From Vicugna vicugna (taxonomy: Eukaryota), in contig MU058233.1 in assembly GCA_013265495.1 (NCBI GenBank), forward strand, positions 409,038 through 469,037: a stretch of 60,000 nt of DNA, in the 5' to 3' direction. The notes below the pieces were generated by a model. The model made no database searches. It was given only the letters and a program-made list of their open reading frames with translations, and was not told where the DNA came from. Made by a program: the position numbers and the translations under genes. This document shows positions 38,231 through 48,995 of the stretch, in pieces. The first letter of the stretch is position 1. Each line of letters starts with the position of its first letter.

Positions 38231-38891
38231 CGTAAACAAGCAAGACCCTGCGGGGCCTTCCCCGGGCAGACCCTCCCCTCCGAAGTCCCCAGGTAACAGT
38301 ATCTCATGCATGTTTCCTGAGTTGTTTTGCAGCTGCTAAAACTCCCACCAAGGCGGGAGGGTATAGTTCAATTGATAGAGTGCCTGCCTAGCATGCATGA
38401 GGTCCTGGGTTCAATCACTAAAAAATAAATAAACCTAATTACCTCCCCCCCAAACAACAACAACCATAAAACAAAAACCAGTAAAACTAGTTTTAAAAAA
38501 TCACTTAAAAAACAAAACAAAACAAAAACAAAACCCCCACCAAGTGGAGGAAATTAACTGCTTGGTGACCGTGAGCACGGAGCCCCCGGACCCACTGGCG
38601 CCTCAGGACTGATCACGTCAACCCCTATGACACCGCCCTGTGACCCCGCCATCAACCACTCGGAGGACTGCGCACGAGCAGACCACACGCCCTGCGGCCC
38701 TCCTCCCTCACCTCGCCTTTGAAAGTGCTTCTCCGAAACCTGTCAGGGAGTTTGTGCCTTCGGAGCACCAGCTGCCTGGACTCCTTTCCTGGCGCCCGCA
38801 ACAAATGCTGCAGTTCCCTTCACCACCACCTGGTGTCAGTAGTCTGGCTTCACCGCGCGCGGGCCAGGGGACCCCAGGGGGTTCAGTGACA
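38231..38891 (+). mobile_element. ERV1 LTR related to 37225-37845, interrupted by a SINE
   Basis: Starts cgtaaacaagcaagaccctgcggggcc and ends ...cttcaccac...gtcagtag...gttcagtgaca. Shares U3 start and R/U5 motifs with the neighbouring LTR. Confidence 0.8.
38353..38529 (+). mobile_element. Camelid tRNA-derived SINE (Vic-1-type) inside the LTR
   Basis: A/B boxes and tail. 15-bp TSD aaaactcccaccaag (38338-38352) / aaaacccccaccaag (38530-38544). Confidence 0.9.
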
Positions 38892-39775
38892 GGCCTGTGG
38901 ATGGAGCAGCCTGTGTCATGGGAGGCTGAACATTCCAGGACTCCCGGCCCCCAGGCCCACCTCAACCACGCCCTGCTTCGCTGTCCCCCAGACTCCCGGG
39001 TCTTCTAAACACGCAGGACGTGGTCACGGCCCCAACGGGGTTCCGACGTGGGCTGGACTTTGCTCTGGGCCGAGCACACCCAGCCGCTCGCCTCCACCGG
39101 GCAGGTCCTTCAGGGCTGTTTTTCTCTAAACACACACGAAGGGGAAATTAACAGTCCCAGCCAGGCGAGTGCAGCCAGGGCTCCCAAGCAGCCACGTGTC
39201 GACTGGGTCTGGCCAGATCCCAGCTGGTGAGACTCAGAGCCTCGGGAGCTGGGGCCCGGCAGTTAGGACGCTGCAAATAAGCGGCTGTGCTGGGCTTGGC
39301 CTGAGCCTGTGTGTCAGGTGCTGATCAAGGGAAGGCGGAACGCTTCAGAGACAGGCGGGCGGCGCCCGGCTCTCCCGGCTCTGTGAAGGCTCTCAGCGAC
39401 CGTGCGTGCACACCCCACCAGGACTCTGCGACCCCGTGCCCTGCACACCCACGCGCCTGCACACACGCACACACACAGAGGCTCAGACGGCACCCTCAAA
39501 GCACCAACAGTCATGCAAACACTCAGGCAATAAAGAAGGCACATTAAGACGACCCTACACCGCGTGGCAATTGCGGACGGGTCCTCAGTAAAGTGTGCCG
39601 TCAGCACGCAGCGAAGCCCTAGTGTCAGCTTATGAAAAGGAATGAGGAACAATTTGGGTCACATAAATGTATTCAGAAAAAGAAGAGGAAAATGAGATGC
39701 TGGCATCTTGGAGGAAAGTTAGTTTGCCATGAAATAGGTAACTTCTATGTGCGTCTTTTGAATCAACACTTGAGA

Positions 39776-39913
39776 GGGGGGAGGGCACAGCTCAGTGGTA
39801 GAGTGTGTGTTCAGCATGCATGAGGTCCTGGGTTCAATCCCCAGCACCGCCATTAAAAATAAAGAAGCAAATAAACCTAATTACCTCTGCTCCCAAAAAT
39901 ATTTTTAAAAAAA
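39776..39913 (+). mobile_element. Camelid tRNA-derived SINE (Vic-1-type)
   Basis: gggggagggcacagctcagtggtagag...ggttcaatccccag...ataaacctaattacctc. Confidence 0.9.
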
Positions 39914-41507
39914 CTGCATAGTTTCTCATGCTTGAAATGTGCACCCTGACAACAAATCTTTCTGCATCTAAGAGACTGTAGATTCTAGACCCTAATGAGC
40001 CACGGGAGGGGCACCAGGAGCAGAGACCAAGCTGTTGTCATTTAGAAAACAGAAGTTTCGCCCAAACAGGGGAGATGAGCAGGGCCTTCTCCTCTTGGAG
40101 GAAGATGGAAAGCTTTCTGCCCTCACAAGGCAGCTGGACTCTGGCCCTCGTTCAGTCTTCACCCAGAGCTCTATCTTGAACACCCTGGTTCGCCTTCTCA
40201 TGGCTCTTGCTGTCAGAGGAACCAGTGGTCTCCCTTCCTGCAAACTGAGCTGCCCGAGAAGAGGGGGAGGGAGCAGCCTGGGACTCTCCAGCCGGGCACT
40301 CTGAGCTCGCGGCCATGCTCCCCTTGCTAACCCTGTGGGTTCAGCTGAAAGCAGAGGGCAGGTCGTGGCGTCCCCCGCACGGGCTCAGTGAGGGGATGTG
40401 GCGTGCGATGCCCTCAGCACAGCACTTGGCCCCATGTGTGCCTGCCATTAACACGTAAGTGACAGGTGGCCCTGAGCCCCCACCACCCCACTGCCATGTC
40501 GGGGCTGGTGAGAATTGAATATTGAACATTGAAAGGATGGACCGGTTACAAGTGATGGAAACTCAGCTCACAGCTCAAACCAACACAGGTGAACAAAAGC
40601 CAAGGGAGAGATCGTCTCGCCCCGTAAAAGTGCAAGAACACCAGGGCCCTCTTGTCTGCCTCTGCTTCTCTTTTGAAGCCGACATCTACCTGGTATCAGA
40701 GGATGGCTATAAACCCCAGCAGACCTCTGTCTTACGGCCTTCGGTTGCAGGTGAAGAGACTTAAGTATCCGTGATCTAACCTCAGGGCAGACCCTGACTG
40801 GTCCTTCCTGGATCAGCCGAGAGAAAGGAGAGCTCTGACTGGCCAGCCAGGAGGTGAGCCCACCTGAAAACTACGGGGTGGACCCACACAGGAGAGAAAG
40901 GGCAGGGTGATCACGCTCCCAGAACAGGTGAGCAGTAACACAGACGTTAAAAATATCACCTGTCCTCTGCAAGGGGCGGCGGGGGGGACCTGCCAACATG
41001 CCCCAGAGTGAGGAGACGGCTCCTCTAGTGAAATGACAGCAAACCTGGCGACGGCGGTGGTAGGGATGTCTGCTCTGCACGAAACGGCTTTCTAAAGAAA
41101 CTGATTCCTGGAGTTTGGAACGTGCCCACTTGGAGAACAATTGCTGAGGACATAAAACCCCAGGCCCTCCAACCCTCACCCCCTCCTCCCTTTTCTCCCC
41201 GCAGACCTGATCTCAGTCCTCTCCTCGGCCAACGAAAATGGGGGGCAGGACCTCCAGTGATTCAGCGGACACTGGAGGCTGGGAAATCACATCAGAGAAG
41301 GGCCCTGAGCCTTTGTTACCAAGGAAGGGGTGATGTTTCCTAGAAAATGAGAGAAGCAGGGACTCCAGGAGGATTCGGGGATCAAACAGAGTGTGTTAAG
41401 GAGACAGGAGAGAAGGGGGCTGGTTAGGGTGGCCTCTGCCGGGGGCGGCAGTGTTTGCCGGGGGTGGGGGCTGGTCGACTCCGTACGTGACCTCTCCTCT
41501 CCTGAGC

Positions 41508-42207
41508 ATCCCCCCGTTTCCACCCTGTCTTTAAAGACCTTTCCCTGAAAGCCATCAGAGATCTTGGACCTTTTGAGCACTAGCTACCCAGACTCCTTGT
41601 TTGACACCTACAATAAACGCTGCACTTTCCTTCACCACAAACTGCAGTCAGTAGACTGGCTTTGCTTTCTGTGGGACGAGAGACCCAAGTTGGGTTCAGT
41701 AACAAAACCATGAGGAGAAGCCACGTGGAGAAACCTCGTGGAGAGACCATGCGATCTTGCCACGAAGGAACAGGGCTCTAGCAACCCAATTCAAAACTTT
41801 CTTTCCCTGTGGGGACCCTGGGAGGGAGGGAGGGAGGAAGGATGGGTGGATCATCGTGGACAGAGGAGGTCGTGTCTGACACCTGCTCCGTGCAGTCTCA
41901 CCGGGGATGTCAGAAGTGGCCTGGGCACTTGCAGTTGGGGACATGACTGGCCTCTGCCCGGGAGAGGCAGTGTTGCCGGGGGTGGGGTCTGGTCAGTTCC
42001 ATAGCTGACCCCTTCGCTCCTGAGCACCTGCTCAGAGGGGCAGCCATAGCTCTGCGGGCCCCCCAGGGGTGCCTCCTCCCAACTCCTCACCAGGTGAGAT
42101 CAGTCCACATCTTTGGAGGTGTATCGATCAGCTCACACGAGGTTATGCTGTGGTAACAAACAGTCCTCAAAGCTGTGGCTTCATTCCTCACTTATGTGAT
42201 GTGTTGG
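41508..42207 (-). repeat. Inverted duplication, right arm (carries truncated LTR R/U5 41508-41704 and MLT1 3' end)
   Basis: Reverse complement of 36727-37420. Both TEs that are complete at the left arm appear cut at this arm's ends. Confidence 0.97.
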
Positions 42208-43385
42208 CTGAAGGCTGCACATCAAGCTCACTCATGTTGTGTGCCTCCAGGTTATTATGACTACAGCAGAAACTTCATTCTACCAGAGAGAAAAAGTCAC
42301 ATGCAACCACATGGGGCTAAGCACAGTTCTCAGACACTCCTGACCCCCCAGAAAAGACCCTGGAAAGAGCGCCTTTTGCCCACACACGGGATTCTGAGTT
42401 ACAGAGGATCACAGCACGGAGAGGTCTGAGAGGTGGCGATGGCCTCAGGCAGGCAGCATCCCAGGACACGACCTCCAGCCCCAGGCCTGATTGTCCAGGC
42501 TCTGTGTCTCCTTCACGCCTAATTAGATTCCGTTGTAAAGAGATCAAGGCTGTTACTTTGTATCAGCAAGGCATCTTTTTCTGCAGGATTGAGTTCCTGA
42601 AAGGGGGGAGGCTGTCGGGAGGAAAGAGCCGGGAAACGCAGGGAAAGAGCCGGGTGTTAATAGACTTTGGAGTAAAATCCTGACAGATTCAAATTGATTC
42701 TGCAGCCTGAGAAAATTGAGTGCAGAGGGAATTAGATTTATGCACTGTTAAATGTAACTGCCTCCCAGTATCTACACCAAAAGCTGTTACAGCAGTAATC
42801 TTTGGAGATGGATGGAAATTGTGTGTGAATAGACCAATGAAGCGTTGGGGAGCGGGCTGCTTCCATGGAGATGTACATAGCACAGCAGCATGATTATTAA
42901 TGACACGATAAACACCATGTGCTCGGGCGGGATTTAATCAGAGCATCTCCAAGGACCATCAAGCCCGAGGGCCCTGGCCACTTGTGGTGTGTGCAGTCAC
43001 TCGGGAACTCCAGGGGCTACTGAGGAAGGCTCTGGGCCCACAGTCCCGGGCCGCTGACAGGCTGTGGGGTCTCGCCTCTCCCAGCTGAGGGCAGACAGGG
43101 CAGGATTCATTCTGTCCATTCATTAGCCCTGATCCAGGACACGCTCAAGAGGACCAGACCTGGCACCCCCCCCACCGCCATGACAGATCCCTGGGAACCT
43201 CCCAGTCCTCCAGCCCCTAAACACACAGCCAGAGCCATGCCTCTACCCAGGCTCTGGAATCTTTCTTTTCCTTGTCTCTGAGGACCGAAAACTAAGGTGT
43301 TTTGAGCCTCACTGAGTAGCAGCTCCTTGCCCCCTCCCCCCAAACCAGGAGCAGCGAGACAGACCCCTAGTCATGTTCAGAGGAG

Positions 43386-43720
43386 TGTGTCAGTCAGGCT
43401 GGAACAGGGTCTGCTGTGTAACAAACAACCCCCACACCAGCAGCTCAATACATCAAAGATGTACCTCTCGCTCACGCTATGTGTCCAGTGTGCTCTGTGT
43501 AATCACCAGGGGGCCAGGAACCCAGGCTGACACACACTTCTACAGTTATCAAATCAGGAACTAGGAAACATCATAAACTGGCCTCTAAAGGCTCAATTTC
43601 CATTGTCTGAAGCAAGTCACACAGCCAGGCCGAACTTCCAGGGGGCAGGGAAGCGTAATCCCCCAGGTGTCCAGGAAAGGAGACCAGATGACTTGGGAAC
43701 AGCCCGAATGACTCTGGGCC
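43386..43720 (-). mobile_element. MaLR LTR (MLT1J/I-like)
   Basis: tgtgtcagtcagg...gctgtgtaacaaacaacccc...gcaagtcacacagcca...caggggcagggaag. Confidence 0.6.
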
Positions 43721-44171
43721 AGCTAACCCTGCTCACCCTCCCTCTTGTCCCTGCGCGCAGGACAGCCCTAAATTCCAGCCATGTCACAGCCAGGATCTCT
43801 GGGTGATGCTCTGGAGGGCTTGTGCCAGGTCCACACAAGGCACCTCTACATCCGAAGGCACATCGGCTAAAAAGAAAAATTACTTCGTCCCACGTGCTCG
43901 ATGCTACACAGGTATGTGCACCAGGGACAGGGCGACCACGGTAAACAGAGGAAGAGCAGAGAGGCGAGGTGGGAGCGGAAGAGGGTCCCCCGGGGGGGAC
44001 TTCTGAGCCCCCCGAAGTGTGCGTGCTTCTTCACCACCCAGATTCCTGGAGGCAGCCCCCACGTGCTCTTCCCCCGAGGCCCCAGCCCTGCCCTCAAGGA
44101 CTTCGCTGTGCCGTCTTGGCCAGCGTGACCTGGGGTTGGGGTGTCTGTCTTCCAGGGGACAGCGGTTTGTC

Positions 44172-44871
44172 TTGCTTTTCCAAGCCTTCTCATTCCTTTT
44201 CCACTTTCATTCCTGCTCTCTGGTCTCAGGCAGTTGGCAGAAGATGTTTGTCTCTAATGTACACGTTCCTCTTTTTGTCCACACGGGTCTTGTTCTGTCA
44301 TCACAACTGTCTCGGAGCCTTAGCAGGGGTCTCGTTTCTCACCCTGGGCTCAGAGCACCACCCCCAGTTCCAGCACCAACACCCCCAGGAGTGCATGGCC
44401 CCACCCCGAGCTGGTCTCCGCCGGGCTGTCCGGCTCCTCGCCCTCCTCCGTGGATGGTGGCCACGTTCCCCGACACACCGTGTCCACGTGCAAACCCCGC
44501 GCTATCATCACATCTGCGCTCTGAGATGCCTTCGGCCACGTGAGACTTTACCAGTGGCTACGGTGTCATTCCTACCCTTGATTCTTCTCAAATCCGCGTG
44601 TTTTTTTAAGTGACTCTTTATTCTTGTCTTACCGCTATTTTGTTTGTTTGGTTTGGTTTTGATGGCCGGGAAGTGATTAGGTTTATTCGTTTATTTTAAT
44701 GGAGGCACTGGGGATGGAACCCAGGACCTCCTGCCTGCGAAGCACGCGCTCCACCACTGAGTTCTGCCCGCCCCCTGTCAAATCTGCACTTTAAGTGAGT
44801 TTAATTTGGGGGTCTTAAATTTAGTTTGCTTTTCCAAGCCTTCCCATTCCTTTTCCACTTTCATTCCTGCT
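44172..44871 (+). repeat. 46-bp direct repeat pair (44172-44217 and 44826-44871)
   Basis: ttgcttttccaagccttc(t/c)cattccttttccactttcattcctgct occurs twice with one mismatch. Confidence 0.95.
44637..44775 (-). mobile_element. Camelid tRNA-derived SINE (Vic-1-type), GC-shifted
   Basis: Reverse complement reads gggggcgggcagaactcagtggtggagcgcgtgc...gaggtcctgggttccatccccagtgcctccattaaaa...aaacctaatcac. Confidence 0.9.
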
Positions 44872-45716
44872 TCCAGCTGGCCAGCTCTTATCTGAGTTTG
44901 ACTCTCTCTCAAATCATCTTGCCAAATGCAGCCAACAGCTCCCACCAGATCCCACTGACATCCTCGCTGTCAGCCTCTCCCCAACGCTGCAGCTTCCATA
45001 GGCTCACCTGTCCCAGTCACCGCAGGCTCCTCCCACCAAGCACCTCCCACCGCAGAGCACGGGGCTTTCTGTCCGTCTTCCACCTGAGCCGGCGCCACGC
45101 AGTCCCCAGTGTTTACTTTTTGTTGCAGCTACACCGTTTCTGGGCGACTCGGGGTGGTTTGGGTACTAGCAGGGGCTGGCTGGGTTCTGCTGCACCTGAC
45201 AGGCAATTGCCGAGCCCCGGGGACCAGAGGTGACAAAGGCCCACTTCTCACGTTGTCACAGCACTTTTTACAAGACTGGATTCAGGCATTAACCTGGGCG
45301 GTTCAAAAATATGTTTCTTGTGATTTTTAAAAAGAAGACCAGGAGAAAGATCCAGAGTTGGAAGGCCATTACAAAGACATATTTGTACAACGCGGCAAAG
45401 GGATGGACGGCAAAGGCGAGGCGCCCGGGCAGCTCTGCCGGCTGCAGCCAGGCCAGCGGCCAGAGGGCCCTGACGGGGCCCGCCGCCCCGCTCGACAGCA
45501 GCGCGCTGGCGCCCTCCGCCCCGCCTCTCCTCGCCAGAGCCTCCTCGGAACAGATCCAGGCGGTGTCAGCCCGCGGGCTATGCTTCTTCCATAGGCTCAG
45601 AATTCCACGTCCTCGCCGGTGTCCCACGGGACAGGTCGACTCGACTCAGTCAATGTGTGTGGAGAGCATGAGGAAGCAGTGCCTGCTGGGCTGACGGATC
45701 TGCCCTCGACCCACTT

Positions 45717-46290
45717 TATTCACTCATTCATTCAACAACTAGTTGTTGAGGACCTGCTGTGTGTCAGACACTGACCGCGGCCCCAGGGATGCAGCAGGTA
45801 GAACATGCGGGCACACAGAGACCCCTGTCCTCGGGGAGCGCACATCTCAGCAGCAAGAGAGGGGAGACGGGAAACAGAGTGCCGAATCCCCGTGGATTTT
45901 GTGAAGACAAATAAGCAGGGAGAAGACGGGGGGCAGGAAGGGGTGAAGTTAAGCAGGGGTCATGCAAAAAGCGAGAGAGTGGCCTAGTCACACATTCTCG
46001 GGGAAAAGCATCTGAGGCAGAGGGAACAGCCAGTGCAAAGGTCCTGAGACAGATGCAGCATGGAATGTCCGAAAAACAGCAGAACCCAGGTGTGGCTGGA
46101 GGAGAGAGCAGAGAAGAGCTGGAGAGTCAAGATCGGGGTGACAGGGGAGGCAGGGCCTGCGGCTGCTGCAAGGACTCTGGCCTCTGCTTGGAGAGCGATG
46201 GGGGCCCCAGGACTGCGAGCAGAGAAATGACGCGGACAGTCTGGCTGCTGACAGACAGCATCGTGGGGGAGCAGCATGGAGAACGGGTGG
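45717..46290 (-). mobile_element. L2 LINE fragment
   Basis: ttcactcattcattcaacaa...cctgctgtgtgtcagacactg...ggcagagggaacagccagtgcaaaggtcctgag. Confidence 0.8.
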
Positions 46291-46304
46291 GCACACAGAG
46301 AGGT

Positions 46305-46760
46305 ATGTAGCAGCTGTTTGCTGCTGCCTAAGAAATGGCCCCAACGCTTCGCAGCTTAAAACAACGCCCGTCCGCTACCTCGCATCTACTTAGGTAAGGA
46401 GCCTGGGGTGGCTCCACGGGGCTCCCCAGCCCCGGGTCCCCCGTAGGCTGCTGCTGGGTGTCGGCAGGCTTCCCAGCGAGGGGTCCACTTCCAGGCTCAC
46501 TCCCAGGCTTCTCAGCAGCGTCAGTCCTCTGAGGGCTCAGTCCTCGCTGGCTTTCAGCAGGGGCCGCCCCTGGTCCCTGGCCCCGCGGGCCTCTCCACAG
46601 GGCTGCTGTCAACGTGGTAGGTGCCGGTTTCATCCAACCAAGGAAACAAGAGCGAGAGAGATGGGAGCCAGCACCGTCCTGCAGCCCAGCTCAGAAGGGG
46701 CCTCGCATCACTTCCGCCATTTTCCGCTCATTAGCGTTGAGTCTCAGGCCCCACCCACAG
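46305..46760 (-). mobile_element. MaLR LTR (MLT1-type) nested in L2
   Basis: gctgctgcctaa...gcttaaaacaac...ccacttccaggctcactc...gcctctccacagggctgct...catcacttccgccat. Confidence 0.6.
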
Positions 46761-47799
46761 TCCAGGGATCACGGGGTTGTGGCCGCAGCGGGTGAGCCTC
46801 ACCGTGGTGCCAGCCGGACGCGGTGCAGAGGGCGAGAGGGGAGCTGGGGGAGCAGCCGCCGCCCTGTGCGCCAGTCCCAGCCTGAGAAGGCAGCGGCGTG
46901 GGGCAGAGTGGAGGCGGTAAGAAGTGGCTGGGTTTGGATCCTTTGGGTTGTGAGACCGAGAGAATCATCTTGTTTCTCTGCCTGAAGACGGGGTTGTCCC
47001 GGCCTAAGGCTTAAGTAGCCCAGACCCACTCTGGACAGGGGGCCCTACCACGCTCTGGGGCCCTCCTCCCGGCAGAAGAGGGAGGGGAGGCGAATGTGGG
47101 AAACCCCAAGACCCAAAGCCCCAGCTCCAGTCCGCCCACCCTTAACACACCGGCCACACTTCCCAGTTACTAAGTGAGTTACTCACTGAGTGAAATGGGG
47201 GCTGCAGGAGCATCGGAGGCCCTGCCTGATCCTCTAAGCCAGCTAGCCTCCCACTTAATCCTCTTTAAGACCCAAGGTCTCTGGGGAGGGCCGCTTTTTA
47301 AGGTTACAGACAACATCCCCACTCCAGTGGTTGCCCGGGGCAATGACGAGTGGCCGGAGCACCCGGGCTGAGATTGGATTACTCGCCTGTGGATTCATCC
47401 CTGCACATTTATCCGGCTCCGCCCGAGGCCGAGAAGAGATTTGTGGCTGTGTCGTAAGCATGTGAATGCAAAGAAGTGATGTGGGAAAAATGCAGACCAG
47501 GACGGCAGGAATTCATCTCAGCCAGGTTTGCCTTTCTTGTGCTACTTTTGGCTCAAAGTACTCCCCGAACTTAATGTTTCTGACAAGGATCCGGCTTGCG
47601 GAGACACACAGCACCCCCGCCCCACCGGGGAAGACGAGATTTGAAGGCAACTGATCTAAGACATCAGTCTCTGTTTTTCAGGGAAGATGTTTAAGGCAGG
47701 CCCCCAGAGGCCGGAGAAAACAGCCCTTCACCAGGGCTGGGTCTCTCAGCCCGGTTCTGGGAAGGAGCCACCCCACCCAGCGGCTTCCACCGCCCTCAG

Positions 47800-48160
47800 G
47801 ACAACCTGCAAGGCCATCTCCCCGACTCCTGACCACACGGCCCTCTGTCCTCTGCGTCAGCCACGCTTGCTTCTACCTCAGGGCCTTTGCACTTGCTGGG
47901 CCCTCCCCATTTCACACACCTGGGCCCCCTCAACTCACTCAGCACCTCCACCTGAACCCCGTCTGAAGCAGGGCCCCCGTCACTCGATAGCACACCTCAG
48001 GGCACTCATCACTTTCCTGAAATTAACTTGTAATGAGCCTCCTTGCCCAGTGCCTGACTCCCTCCCAGGATGGAAGTCCCAGGGCACTGGCCTTGCACAC
48101 TGCATCCTCCCTGATCTGGGGAGGGAGTGAATGAATAAGTGGGTGAGTGAACGAATGAAA
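47800..48160 (+). mobile_element. L2 3' fragment
   Basis: cctcagggcctttgcacttgctg...gagtgaatgaataagtg. Confidence 0.65.
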
Positions 48161-48535
48161 GAATGGGAGGCCACGTGGGGTCAGGACAGGAGCAGGTTGA
48201 GAGGCAGGGTCTCCTCTCGGCCAGAACTGGGCATGGCCCCAGCACCGGGTCGGGCACCTGGGCAGGCCAGGAAGCACATCCCAGTCAAACAGCAGCGGGG
48301 TTAGGGTCAGCCGAGGCCACTTACACCTCTTCACGGACACAAGCCCGGCCACCACCTCGCTTGTTCTGCCAGCGCCCTGCCCCAGCCCGCGGGCTGGGTG
48401 ACTCCTGCACCCTGGGTTGGGAGACTGCCCAGGCGCCCACCAGGGAGGGTAAGAGCAGCTGGGAGAGGCCAGGGGAGTCACGGTGTGCTGGGCCAGCCTG
48501 GGTGGGCTGGAATTTCCCGGTACTCAGGGCAGAGA

Positions 48536-48550
48536 CCACCAGGTGGCAGT
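48536..48550 (+). promoter_or_regulatory. Candidate CTCF site
   Basis: CCACCAGGTGGCAGT matches the CTCF core. Confidence 0.45.
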
Positions 48551-48857
48551 GTGAGGACGTCCTGCCTGGGCCCAGCCCCTGAGCCCCAGCTGGTCCCCAA
48601 CAGACGGGGGGAGGGGGGTGCATGGTCGAGGATTGGGAAAAGGCCCCTCCGCTTCCTGGGCAGGTGGTCAAAGCCGTTAGTGGGCACACCTCCCACGCCA
48701 GACCTCGGGCAGCAGGAAGACATGCTGAAGTACTTGTATTCCTGGGCCAGGCGCCCGGCACACCTGCACATACCTGAGTGCACACCTGAGCCCACCTGTG
48801 TGCACCCACACTCCCCTACACTCTTCTCATTTCCAGCCTCACTGGCCACACTGATGT

Positions 48858-48995
48858 GGGCTCTGCCACTGGGTCCCTGTGTGACCTTGAGCAAATTATC
48901 TAACCTTCTAGTACCTGAATTTCCTCATCTCCAATGGGGACAATGACCTCCTTCACAGAGCTATTGTGAGGGTGAAACAAGACAATGCGTGTCAG
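48858..48995 (+). mobile_element. MIR (interrupted by L1)
   Basis: gctctgccact...tgtgtgaccttgagcaa...tttcctcatct...ttgtgagg. Confidence 0.8.
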
